A stretch of 64,000 nt of DNA from an uncultured Clostridia bacterium (lineage in GTDB: Bacteria > Bacillota > Clostridia > Christensenellales > UBA1242), in assembly GCA_944383275.1 (NCBI GenBank), contig CALWOV010000001.1, positions 64,245 through 128,244 on the forward strand, written 5' to 3'. The position numbers and the translations under genes were made by a program. This document shows, one piece after another, positions 49,901 to 56,961 of this stretch; positions within the stretch are counted from its first letter, which is position 1; each line of letters begins with the position of its first letter. Under the pieces are notes generated by a model that saw only the letters and a program-made list of their open reading frames with translations, searched no databases and was not told the origin of the DNA.

Positions 49901-52900
49901 CATTAACATTAACTCGTTCACCACTGTAGAAGTTAAATTCAGAACTATCATTGCTTGTTTTAAGCAACACGGCCGATGTTCCTGTGCCTGAAGAACTGAT
50001 TTCTAATCTAATATTAGAATTTTGAGCAATACCTTCCATTGTTATAGTGGTTGCCGTTCCACGAGGAATAATATTTTCTTCAAATGCAGATTGCATTGTT
50101 AAGTTAACATAAGGAACGAATCGGGAACTTAAATAAATTGTATTGGTATAAACTTCTTTTTCTACACCATTTTTATAAGCCTTAACAGTTATTGCAAATT
50201 GTGTTCCTTCTGGAACGCCTGTTCCTAAAATAGTTGAGAAATAGAAAGTTCCATCAAAATTTTCAGTTTTAACTGAAGTTATAGTTTGACCATCATATTG
50301 TGTGCCACTTACGCGTTCAAAGTTAGTTCCTATTTTGTCATATTGAATAAAACTTATATAATCGCCACCAGCAATAGAACTTGTTACGGTTATATAATCA
50401 AAGTCTGAATAGTAAGGATAAGCAGTTACTGTAAGCAAGCCTGCCCTTCCTGAAGAAATTTCTTTAGATGCAACTTTTCCGTTATCTAGGTCTGTTGCTT
50501 CCAAATAATGTTTTGTGTCTAGACGAACAATTTGTGTAGGTTTTAAAACTATGTTTAAAACATTTTCACTGACTAAAGTGTTTAAATCGTTATAAATATA
50601 GAATTTATAAGTTAAATTAACATTTTTAGTAAGTTTTTTACCAACTAAATCAACCGTATATTCAACAATAACCTTATTACCATCTTGTTCTGTATAGGTT
50701 AAATTGTTTATATCAATTTGTGAATATAATTTATTAACATCGTCTGCAGTAAGTTCATCTATACCATTATTAAGTATGCTATCATCTACTAGCGTATCAT
50801 TAATATAAAGTTCACTTTTAATATAGTTTTCTTTGTTATTAATAAAATCTTGTGTTGCATCGGTATTAACTGTGAGCACTACAGGAAAACGATGTTGAGT
50901 TTCGGTTTCTGAATCATTTGTGTTAAAACTTGCGCTTGTTACACCTTCATAAATTCTTACAAGCCATTCTTTGCTTATATTGATACCAAAACCAAATATA
51001 TCTTGATTGGTTTCGCCATCAAAAACTATTGTATAGTATTCATAACTTCCTAACTCATTAACAAATGGAATATCTATTGCAAGTTTTGCTGTTACAGTTA
51101 AGCGCATATCTAATGAAGTTAAATCAACAGTGCTTTTTAAACCTTCAATTAAATGTTTAATACTGTCTTGAACCGGAATTTCAACATAATATTCATCACC
51201 ATTTTGTATCCAAGGATATTCCACGAATTGAGCATATGAACTTGTTCCTAACTCAACCCCGTCCATAGAATAAATAATTCTTAAATTATCTGAATAAATG
51301 TTGCCATCTGATTTTTCAATGACATTTAATATACTGTCGGCTTCACCAACTTTTATATATAAAATGTTATCTTCATCAGCACCTTCAGTCCAATCACTTT
51401 TATGCATTTCAAAACTTGAAAAACCTGCAATAACACTTATTTGGAATGAAATTTGATAATTAAAGTTTTGTGCTGACATTACAGTTATTGTAACTACACC
51501 TGTTTTGTTGAATTTTAATTGCGCATCTTCAAAACGAGTTCTTTGGTTAACAACAGAAACAACACTTTCATCAGAAGAAATAACATAAAGTAACGCTGTT
51601 TGCAATGCTGCTTCTGGTTCGGTAATCAATTCAATAAGTTGACTTAAATTATAAATCTTATTTGGTGTGTTCATATTGTTATAAACAGCAACAATACGAC
51701 CATCAGCAATTTTGAAGAAAGTTGGTAAAAGATTTTCGGTGTCGTGAACATTACCTAGATGAGCAAAACTTAAATTTGTTACTTCGGTGTTTGCAAAAAT
51801 GTTGTTTTCATAAATTGAGCCATCACGAACTGCAAAGAATAGCATTGGGAAGCCATCGTTTAGACCAACACGCAAAGAATAATCTGCCCAATACATAGAT
51901 GTATTTGAACTGTTAATTGCAAACTCCCAACCTGTATAAGCGCCATTTCTACCATTGTAATAAGAAGTTGAATCTTGATTTGTTTCAGAATACCCTTTTA
52001 AGTCGTTTATGGTTTTACCATTGGCTGCAACACTTTCGGTTACACCACTTGGCACAGAATAGTAACAAGTTGTAAAATTAACGCTATCTTCTGAAACATT
52101 AGCAAAACCACTGTCATATTCTCGTTCTATTTCGTTAGTATCGGTGTTAATTTGCCAAGCCACCATTCCAACTGCATCTGTATCTGTTAGACCTGTTATG
52201 CTGTAGCTGTTTAAAATTAACATACTGTAGGTAGTGTTAACTCTTCCAACAAAACCAGAAACTGTGTCCCAATGAGAGCCATTTTCTTCAATTTCCACTT
52301 TGTTAAGTATGTTAGAAATTGCATAACTGTTTCTAATTTCACCCAACATTGCTTCTGCGCCAACTCGTTCATCATTAAAGAAGCCAGCAAAACCACCAAC
52401 ATATCTTCCTGATGTGTTCATAGACATCTTTGCATAAGAATTACTGATTGATGAGTGTTGAATAGAACCAACTAAGCCACCAACATAACTTGTTGCAATA
52501 ATATCTCCAAGGAATTGACCTTCTTCAATGGTGATGCCTGTGTTTTCAACAACTTCTAAAGAAATATAAGAAACAGCATAACTGTATTGAATATATCCAT
52601 TTATAAGTTCCCCAACTAAACCACCAACGCGTTCATTTGCTTGGATTGCTGTGTTAGAATAATTATCTTCAACTTCAAAGTTTTGGTATGCTTCATAGGT
52701 AACAGCATAAATACTTCCACCATTATTAGTTCCAACTGCTCCACCGACATTATTGTTGGCTATAATTCTCATAAAACTTTCACAAGATGCAAGATAACTA
52801 CCACTAAAACTCCACACAAGTGAAACTGAAGTCCATTGCCCATAGTTTGTTCCGACCAAACCACCAACATTGTTACAATCTTTGGCATTAATTGTTCCAA

Positions 52901-55900
52901 TTGTGGTTAAATTTTTAATTTCGCTTGCATCGCTTAAACTATTTTCATTTCCTGAAACACCAGCAACACCACCAATATTTGATTTAGCAATTTGGTTACT
53001 GCCAACAGTTATGTTAACATTAATTTGCGTTTTAGTCTTAGAAATTTCCGAGGTTTCATTAAGTCCATTAATTTTACCTTGGTTAAGACCTGTAACCCCA
53101 CCAACATTGATAGAGTTTGAAGATGCCATAGAGAAAGTATTGTCATCAATTAAAATTGAAACTGTTACATCGCTGTTTGTTATTGTTCCTATTTTGGCGG
53201 TTGTTTGTTCCTCATCAATTAAGTTTTCTGTTAGGTTAGCACCAACAATTCCACCCATATTAAGATTAAAATCAGTGACTGCCCAAACGTTTGCTAATAT
53301 CATATTAGAATTAAAGATGATTGACACATTGTTAATTTTTCCTGTGTTTACACCAGCAACACCACCAATAAAGGCATTTTCAATAACTTGATTTTTGGAT
53401 GCCATACTAACACTCAACATATCTATAACATATTGGTCAAAAGATATATCAATGTTATTCATTTCGCCACTAAATTTGGTAAAAATACCAAAATAAGTGT
53501 TATAAGTTATAGAATTTGCAGTGTTTTCGCTTTCAATTCTACAACTATTCCAATTTGTTGAACTATAATTAGATGTATTTAAGTTAAAACCAGATAAGGT
53601 GAATGGTCTGTTTTCCCCTGTTACAAAACTTGAAATTGTTCCACTAAAACCAGTGTCGCCCCCAAGTGGAGTCCAATTAGTAATAGTTGAAAAATCAAGG
53701 TCGCGTCGAATTTGATAATTTTTATCTAAACCTTTTTGTTCTATTTGCAAAAACTCTTCAACTGAAGTTATTTGGAATGGTGCTTCAATTGAACCGTCTG
53801 CAACTAAAACCCATAAATCATAATATACGCTTGGATTTAATACAGTTTGAACCCATAAATTTTCCTCATCAGTTAACTCTGCATCTGCTGGTCTTTCCAT
53901 ATTTAGTAAACTGCTTGGAATAATTCTTACTACAGCATATCCTTTTTTGCCAACAACGGGAACAATTTTAGCAACCCCATTTTCAATAACAACATCAACA
54001 ATTTTTGTATCTGCAGTAGAAATATTGCCCAAGACGATTTCACCATTAACGCGTTCTGCATCAAACACAACATAACTTAATTCTTTACTTAATGCATCAA
54101 CTGGTGTTAATTGAGCACTTATTTCAAAATCAGAATATGCAACATTTGAAGCCCCTGCGCTTTCTAGATAAACACCCTCAAGGCTATTATAATTTTCTAC
54201 TACAATGTTTTCAATTTGTTGAGGTTTAATTATTCTTACATTACAATAAATTGAATGCCCATTATTAAATTCGTTTATATAACCTTCTATAGTTACAATT
54301 TTTGAATCGCCTTCATAATCTAATGGTAATTGCCCCGTTACAATAACAGAGTTCCCCATTGGTTCTAATTGAACAAATTCAGCATCATTCAAATCTACTA
54401 AATTCCATTCAATAGTTCTTGTTGTTGCGTAAGTTGGAGAAATTAAGGCTTGCAATCTAATGCTTGCTTTTCCTAATTCTTGGTCGGTTAAACTTAAACT
54501 GTTTTTATCGTATACTTCAACATTATTTTCAGGTAAACCGTTATCCCAAGTAAACGATCTTATTGGCACATATACAGTTAAAGGAAAATCAATCACACAC
54601 TGAACAGTTTCCCAAACCGATTCACCATTTTCACCTTCAATTAGTCTATCATAGTCAAAACGAGCAGTTATAACTGTTTCACCTTCATTGAAAGTTACAA
54701 TTCTACCAGTTTCTGAACCAATAGTTGCTGCTTGTGGATTACTTGATTCAAAGGTTAATGATTTTATTGTAGCGTTTGACGGATAAAGATTTACAGTTAA
54801 AGCAAAAGAACCACCCACTTGTGCTGTTGCCTCCATCAAGCGTTTAGGATCAATAAGCCCATTTCCATCAATAAAAGGCTCGTCACTATAAATTGTTTCT
54901 ACTAGCTTTGGAACATCATAACTATTAGGTAAAGACAAAGAAACACCTTCAAGTGGAATAACTACAGTAAATGAAACTTCTAGATATGCACCTGTTCCTT
55001 TTGCTGTTATGGTTAAAGTTGAATAACCTTCGCCTATTGCACTAATTTTTAATTCACGATTTTCACTTACAACCACATATGAAATTACACTTGGATTTGA
55101 AACTTTATATGTAAATCTGTCAGATAGTCCTGATGAAACAAATTGGAAATCAACTTCATCACCAATACTAATTTGACTTTGATATCCACCTTGTGGAAGA
55201 GATATATTACCAACAGAAGTTTGAACTGTAAAAGTTATTGTTGAAACAACTTCTGGTAATCTTTCATCATTTGCATTGGCAACAACTTCTATTACAAATT
55301 GTTGCGCTATATTTTCGCCTGAATAACTTACATAAATTGAACCTGGTTCTATTTCTTCTCCAAAACTTCTAGTTATACCATCAGGATTACCAGCGCTTGC
55401 TGTTTTTATAATTATATCGTTGCGAGTTGCACCTTCTTCAACATCAATTCCATCAACTGATTTTAATCTTAAAATAAAGTTTTTATTTTCAATTAATGTA
55501 GGCGTAACATCTACAATAACCTGGGTTCCTAAAACACCACCAGCATAGTCGCTGTTTTTATATACATCAACATTAAGGTTTCCGTTTGTAACAGAATTAT
55601 CTTCTTCGTCAGTTAATGTTACATATTTTGCTGTTCTTATAACATTAACAGGAAATTCTATAGTTTTTTCAACATAAGTTTTTGCAGGTTCAACCATAAT
55701 GTCTTGAACTTTTACAGTGATTATAAGATTTGCTTTTCCAGAGTCAACAGGGCTTACTGTGAACATTTGCACACCTGCAGTTGTGCCATCTTCAATTACT
55801 TTTATAATCTCTGTATTGCTTGAAATAACACTGTAAAAATAATTTGTTTCGGTATCGTTTTCTATACCAATCATAAATGTTTCAGTGTTATCGTCAGTGT

Positions 55901-56714
55901 TGGTAGCAAGTAAAATATTATCTACTGGTGTAGTTGAATCCTCTGTTAAATATACTTTTATATTTTCTTCACTGAAATTGCGATAAGCCATTACAAGAAA
56001 GACTTTTGACAAGTTTTGAATTTGTTGCTCGGTTGGATTTTCTGGCATATATTTAGATGTTGCTAAAATTTGAATCATACCACCCAAACTTGTTTCTTCA
56101 ACGGTTAAAATTCCACTATCACTTATTGATGCACCTTGAACAAGATAGTTATATCTTTCATCATCAAAGCGTTCATCTTCTTGAGAAAGAATTGAAAAAG
56201 ACATTTCTGTTTGATTTGTATCTGGACTGAAATTAAAAATATCTAAAGTGTTTAAGTCAAGCGATTCACCTGTTGCTATTGAAAGTGTTGTGTTAGATTT
56301 TACAGTAAAACTTTCAATAGGTGTTATGACATCAACTTTTATCTCTTCACTTTTAATGTTACTGTTATCTGTTGAAAAAACTGTTAAAACTGTTGAACCT
56401 TTTTGAAGCGCTGTTAAAGTAATTTTACTTTCACCAGTTTCAGCATTATATTCATCAACACTACAAGTTACAACATTTTGTGTTGTAGATGAAATACTAA
56501 CCTCTTTTGATATGTTCTCATTACCCACACCTGTTACCTGAACATCTAATGTTAAACTTAAAGGTTGAGTTGTTTCATCAGTTGAATTAGTGTATAACAC
56601 AATCTCATTTTCAGAGACTTCAATTTTCATATTTGCATAAGGGTCGCCACAACCAATTAAGCCAAAACACATAACAGTAAAAAGCATTGCAAATGCAACA
56701 AAAATCTTTTTCAT
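40956..56714 (-). CDS. Giant surface lipoprotein (~5,252 aa) with Big_2-like Ig domains and multiple GLUG-motif beta-helix modules
   Basis: Uninterrupted 15.8-kb ORF. RBS AGGAGA before MKKIFVAFAMLFTVMCFGLIGC (lipobox). Repeated Big_2-like signatures (ITLTALQKGSTVLTVFS, ISAIGEGYSTLTITA, GETVITARF). Dozens of GLUG-type repeats (VGGLVGELINGYIQYSYA, AGGLVGENRGTIMQSYVS, VGGLVGQNNGFINICWG, GGIAGYNG...). Confidence 0.85.
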   Translation of the reverse strand: MKKIFVAFAMLFTVMCFGLIGCGDPYANMKIEVSENEIVLYTNSTDETTQPLSLTLDVQVTGVGNENISKEVSISSTTQNVVTCSVDEYNAETGESKITLTALQKGSTVLTVFSTDNSNIKSEEIKVDVITPIESFTVKSNTTLSIATGESLDLNTLDIFNFSPDTNQTEMSFSILSQEDERFDDERYNYLVQGASISDSGILTVEETSLGGMIQILATSKYMPENPTEQQIQNLSKVFLVMAYRNFSEENIKVYLTEDSTTPVDNILLATNTDDNTETFMIGIENDTETNYFYSVISSNTEIIKVIEDGTTAGVQMFTVSPVDSGKANLIITVKVQDIMVEPAKTYVEKTIEFPVNVIRTAKYVTLTDEEDNSVTNGNLNVDVYKNSDYAGGVLGTQVIVDVTPTLIENKNFILRLKSVDGIDVEEGATRNDIIIKTASAGNPDGITRSFGEEIEPGSIYVSYSGENIAQQFVIEVVANANDERLPEVVSTITFTVQTSVGNISLPQGGYQSQISIGDEVDFQFVSSGLSDRFTYKVSNPSVISYVVVSENRELKISAIGEGYSTLTITAKGTGAYLEVSFTVVIPLEGVSLSLPNSYDVPKLVETIYSDEPFIDGNGLIDPKRLMEATAQVGGSFALTVNLYPSNATIKSLTFESSNPQAATIGSETGRIVTFNEGETVITARFDYDRLIEGENGESVWETVQCVIDFPLTVYVPIRSFTWDNGLPENNVEVYDKNSLSLTDQELGKASIRLQALISPTYATTRTIEWNLVDLNDAEFVQLEPMGNSVIVTGQLPLDYEGDSKIVTIEGYINEFNNGHSIYCNVRIIKPQQIENIVVENYNSLEGVYLESAGASNVAYSDFEISAQLTPVDALSKELSYVVFDAERVNGEIVLGNISTADTKIVDVVIENGVAKIVPVVGKKGYAVVRIIPSSLLNMERPADAELTDEENLWVQTVLNPSVYYDLWVLVADGSIEAPFQITSVEEFLQIEQKGLDKNYQIRRDLDFSTITNWTPLGGDTGFSGTISSFVTGENRPFTLSGFNLNTSNYSSTNWNSCRIESENTANSITYNTYFGIFTKFSGEMNNIDISFDQYVIDMLSVSMASKNQVIENAFIGGVAGVNTGKINNVSIIFNSNMILANVWAVTDFNLNMGGIVGANLTENLIDEEQTTAKIGTITNSDVTVSILIDDNTFSMASSNSINVGGVTGLNQGKINGLNETSEISKTKTQINVNITVGSNQIAKSNIGGVAGVSGNENSLSDASEIKNLTTIGTINAKDCNNVGGLVGTNYGQWTSVSLVWSFSGSYLASCESFMRIIANNNVGGAVGTNNGGSIYAVTYEAYQNFEVEDNYSNTAIQANERVGGLVGELINGYIQYSYAVSYISLEVVENTGITIEEGQFLGDIIATSYVGGLVGSIQHSSISNSYAKMSMNTSGRYVGGFAGFFNDERVGAEAMLGEIRNSYAISNILNKVEIEENGSHWDTVSGFVGRVNTTYSMLILNSYSITGLTDTDAVGMVAWQINTDTNEIEREYDSGFANVSEDSVNFTTCYYSVPSGVTESVAANGKTINDLKGYSETNQDSTSYYNGRNGAYTGWEFAINSSNTSMYWADYSLRVGLNDGFPMLFFAVRDGSIYENNIFANTEVTNLSFAHLGNVHDTENLLPTFFKIADGRIVAVYNNMNTPNKIYNLSQLIELITEPEAALQTALLYVISSDESVVSVVNQRTRFEDAQLKFNKTGVVTITVMSAQNFNYQISFQISVIAGFSSFEMHKSDWTEGADEDNILYIKVGEADSILNVIEKSDGNIYSDNLRIIYSMDGVELGTSSYAQFVEYPWIQNGDEYYVEIPVQDSIKHLIEGLKSTVDLTSLDMRLTVTAKLAIDIPFVNELGSYEYYTIVFDGETNQDIFGFGINISKEWLVRIYEGVTSASFNTNDSETETQHRFPVVLTVNTDATQDFINNKENYIKSELYINDTLVDDSILNNGIDELTADDVNKLYSQIDINNLTYTEQDGNKVIVEYTVDLVGKKLTKNVNLTYKFYIYNDLNTLVSENVLNIVLKPTQIVRLDTKHYLEATDLDNGKVASKEISSGRAGLLTVTAYPYYSDFDYITVTSSIAGGDYISFIQYDKIGTNFERVSGTQYDGQTITSVKTENFDGTFYFSTILGTGVPEGTQFAITVKAYKNGVEKEVYTNTIYLSSRFVPYVNLTMQSAFEENIIPRGTATTITMEGIAQNSNIRLEISSSGTGTSAVLLKTSNDSSEFNFYSGERVNVNETLSLYVGPEAQCIETGVTITATVTSDSITGGTEQTVTTLTFYIVDFAVESLNAEGVNNGVWNVDMQNAAELNMLFNITPSSEDLYEEFLGQLTDTPISSFAQVPFDQLGFPMGRLLQQPNGTTFVSGTAIAGNMGYRIHLSGLTRDAFSSYYSTQLFNNNNLDKPTASSASVNSASELVSDYKPFSSNNDNTKYGEMFKAGYYYGEHEYTVSFIWVSTPFSITDANGNVINYNTNDCIFNVEVVVEDSELDANINTDWANILNSVRTLLQSVNTYGNGNGGVWYYLSGSNYLPITANVNNDIFSVSCDVDGTKTYSIKAKTLDPIQLQATLRLYYVYDPSLDVYKLTFKTIDDTSESVGIGYRELSLSFTLQFTSSNSEEAPIAIYNAEGLRSMAEGQHYILANNITLDNWEPLNTAIGSLDGNGYIIYLNKFNTSNISNTTANIGFFGTLQRGTVLKNLIFDVSRNVYVEARNFKEVNFGFIAGVNQGGIITNCDVLTTMTDTEWDNNVYSRIQEETKETYAQTVFDQIRVQVENARNNNGNIPTLISTFVLTSSTVGGESTVVYGGGLVGQNLGYITNSRVGRINGFETATGYTFQIGREVTLLNTQGINIFCSGNVGGIAGYNGVMEDNDSSIGGVISSSYFANGYIVNTTRSGTGTTTGGFVAINDDNARITASYVEGMQNSNTSETIGRTTTGGIYSYGFIGGFVHTNNGSVENSYSNIPIISSLGAGGFVYNNATENSSVKYSYSLSTVRSYSSNNGPFTGLDRKHEVLNAGLIQNCYYLQDKGVVVSEDEKATELSSETTISDGVESSSQWNDPYGVYFVGFAFSEGEDDDSSSSKQTTWKISSIEARTGPQLVQANLVTLSFRSLDSADLTYEKGYEYGSAINPYIIATVDHYNNLFNKENATSTAAKTFSSYARFVADINFNEQSPTSSSTIISGNIQGNGMKVQNFKKSVGVNEGEETTTLNKLGLFESIENGVVSNLILEINSEFSSMTATYVGGLAAQIDTSVIDNIVIAPYDTSAEINGRNIVGALAGTISGESQIENILSRVSIFADYQTIRSEQNGQVVYRYTYLETTTNQETGKTEFVNATNYSYAGGIAGIVTKPVGGTDPTIVNCQTEGNISIYADIVGGVFGVVDTSVIISGAKFIVGDENASQHLWGHNFAGGLVGENRGTIMQSYVSMATDKQIEDDQELHNDNNASLHVGYTDLFRGSSNAIGGLVGLNRGSSSLSVTNTSEQDIQRGVIKLSYSRVNVINNDAQVAGGLIGLATYTYRISGNDNTTETINVRKLSEVNVKTYTGSNEESDNSRVSFGNTATKLGGYVSECYSTGAVYAGGKATDLSGNLMFAQAASGGLVGAMTDPIGSINSSIDVVLLNNNTQEIANNLTANQNHAYGGVAGLVLYSTMLGEYGATSNTYVDTVLFVKEKTQDFYSASAVGIVTTSSIQGTNIEYGIVGKLITDSGLVKPNDNTSIVNCTREENASYAETAYSPTTYGEVFGEENSPKFTSNIWLFDNDLDSNIFPIIALGKLVSVIEITTTDEFLEYMQGGVGGSYLLVNNITITGTQWGDRRALAEDDLNITGQLKGYVGNGEPATISLVNFSEAQLSSFNSLFGKVSSFTLSNINFEFPENIVVSNENAVSSYFGLIACEATNYSNFENLTIKINGSPVIKVDEKQGVGAVVGRAVSCSFTNIRINGQIDFVSENYDLYYLSQNDNSMDISSFGGLVGYTSGGTNIQTGEFGNVNFSITTSNRGANKLDVRSTLSIGGLVGRNAGTSVSILYSNAQTNITINTNNLQNIYAGGVIGYSESAGTTQINNCYITTNMSITNEIETSFVYEPYIYAGGVAGQVYNFTSEGVTLTDSKITIDYQNNRSYLGYAYVGGLYGYVSTNIEYQTGQIANSRVINSNSADVDIILGSEEKELNNITTYVGGIAGQVENNISGTSRNIAKTAIYQRNSANGIINVYGGYKGSSTSQPSNTAKVGGIFGSVVNFNTSKQERAEPMLSLSTSAASCNITVTHFNTVKVGGIIGESRVAVDSCGSYGFISYTNTDDTNTKDTIYIGGLVGEASCLVSSSLTTMAIYPIGIDQKNATTRINAMVGYVNSSISGSGITNSTVNENNVYNEEMSGITDGLSPESSKTLTDMFNLSTYENFNDWTVNSDLQSLPYPSGASNALDFEQGGNLVPVYASNYNELLSFINDEQTPYKMVFINPENDNAFKITDSQINIELKNISRLFGQNNIIQITNNVNKTFSTESSFGLFSSIDKNIIVSSLTCLFEKVDINVANNVNAVIGLLAGVNNGTILNCQTGILPTVNENLGTISSFANGVTEEKTDVEVSTLNVTMQGDANITSVVYVGGLVGQNNGFINICWGISDINFIVPSIIGDVDVNNVDLKYKSYVGGLIGYQSKYGTTYNCYALGRITSNQAAGPSTTLPETRANGNYIGGLMGFTDSTYIQDLLGVNNINISTENVAGTRVGLVVGGYSGIEQIESSKNIIGCSDFSTNLANNYNTTTSTPMSFNNIRRLTASTMAFSNSIWSISYNMNYGLPYLRMYQGNLSTGSGTIDDPYHIIDDRMFLSMSSNTQYATRYYVLTRDFSISQPLSSSGTGSASFYDIDGNGHSITILNLLNAGSAGGGAYYYGLIPRLSNLNTTTQGKIENLILKVVGVEEVEESSRKIIYGSLVAENEGIIDNCAVIGVRNSAITGYDDKSAPYSMMVGSSNEDSVMGAIIGINKGILRNSFSLLNMNGEFNSGYVGGLVGDLGVEGTATGRIESSYYMGHLRSRNYVGGLVGRYNTNEENAILYCYVRGVHLTAITTRNNEFQGSIGAFVGYANSSLSMQYCYLTFETNDDGSLTNPRMMGNGVVGGFNTNNTNHYLNSIYTMSPTAYAGNIISGEFALPTYNGNWTLTSGSGNYGYRDYGQITSITGLPGFSSAGVWSRASNRIYYLTNVTPADQQNLTKLSDLNAYVEI

Positions 56715-56901
56715 TTTTTCTCCTATTTTTTGCTTAAATATTTTTTGCAAAATTATATATTTTATTTACAAAAATATGCAAAATTCTACAATTTATATTT
56801 TATTAAAAATTAAGTATATAGTCAAACAAAATTTAACAGATTTATATAAATTAAAATTAATATATTGCTATTTTGAAGAGAAGAAAAAATTGTTTATTTG
56901 C

Positions 56902-56930
56902 TTGTGAAATCAAAAAAGAATAGATATAAT
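56902..56930 (+). promoter_or_regulatory. Candidate promoter of the enoate reductase / AcnX operon
   Basis: TTGTGA-N17-TATAAT, about 30 nt upstream of the ATG at 56962. Confidence 0.4.
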
Positions 56931-56961
56931 GAAATTAGTTATTAAATTTAGGAGTGATAAA

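Noticed and set aside
52870-53391. 173-aa plus-strand ORF (and several 60-78-aa ones) antisense to the giant gene
   Set aside because: The open antisense frames follow from the repetitive GGN-GTN codon pattern of the GLUG repeats. They have no RBS.
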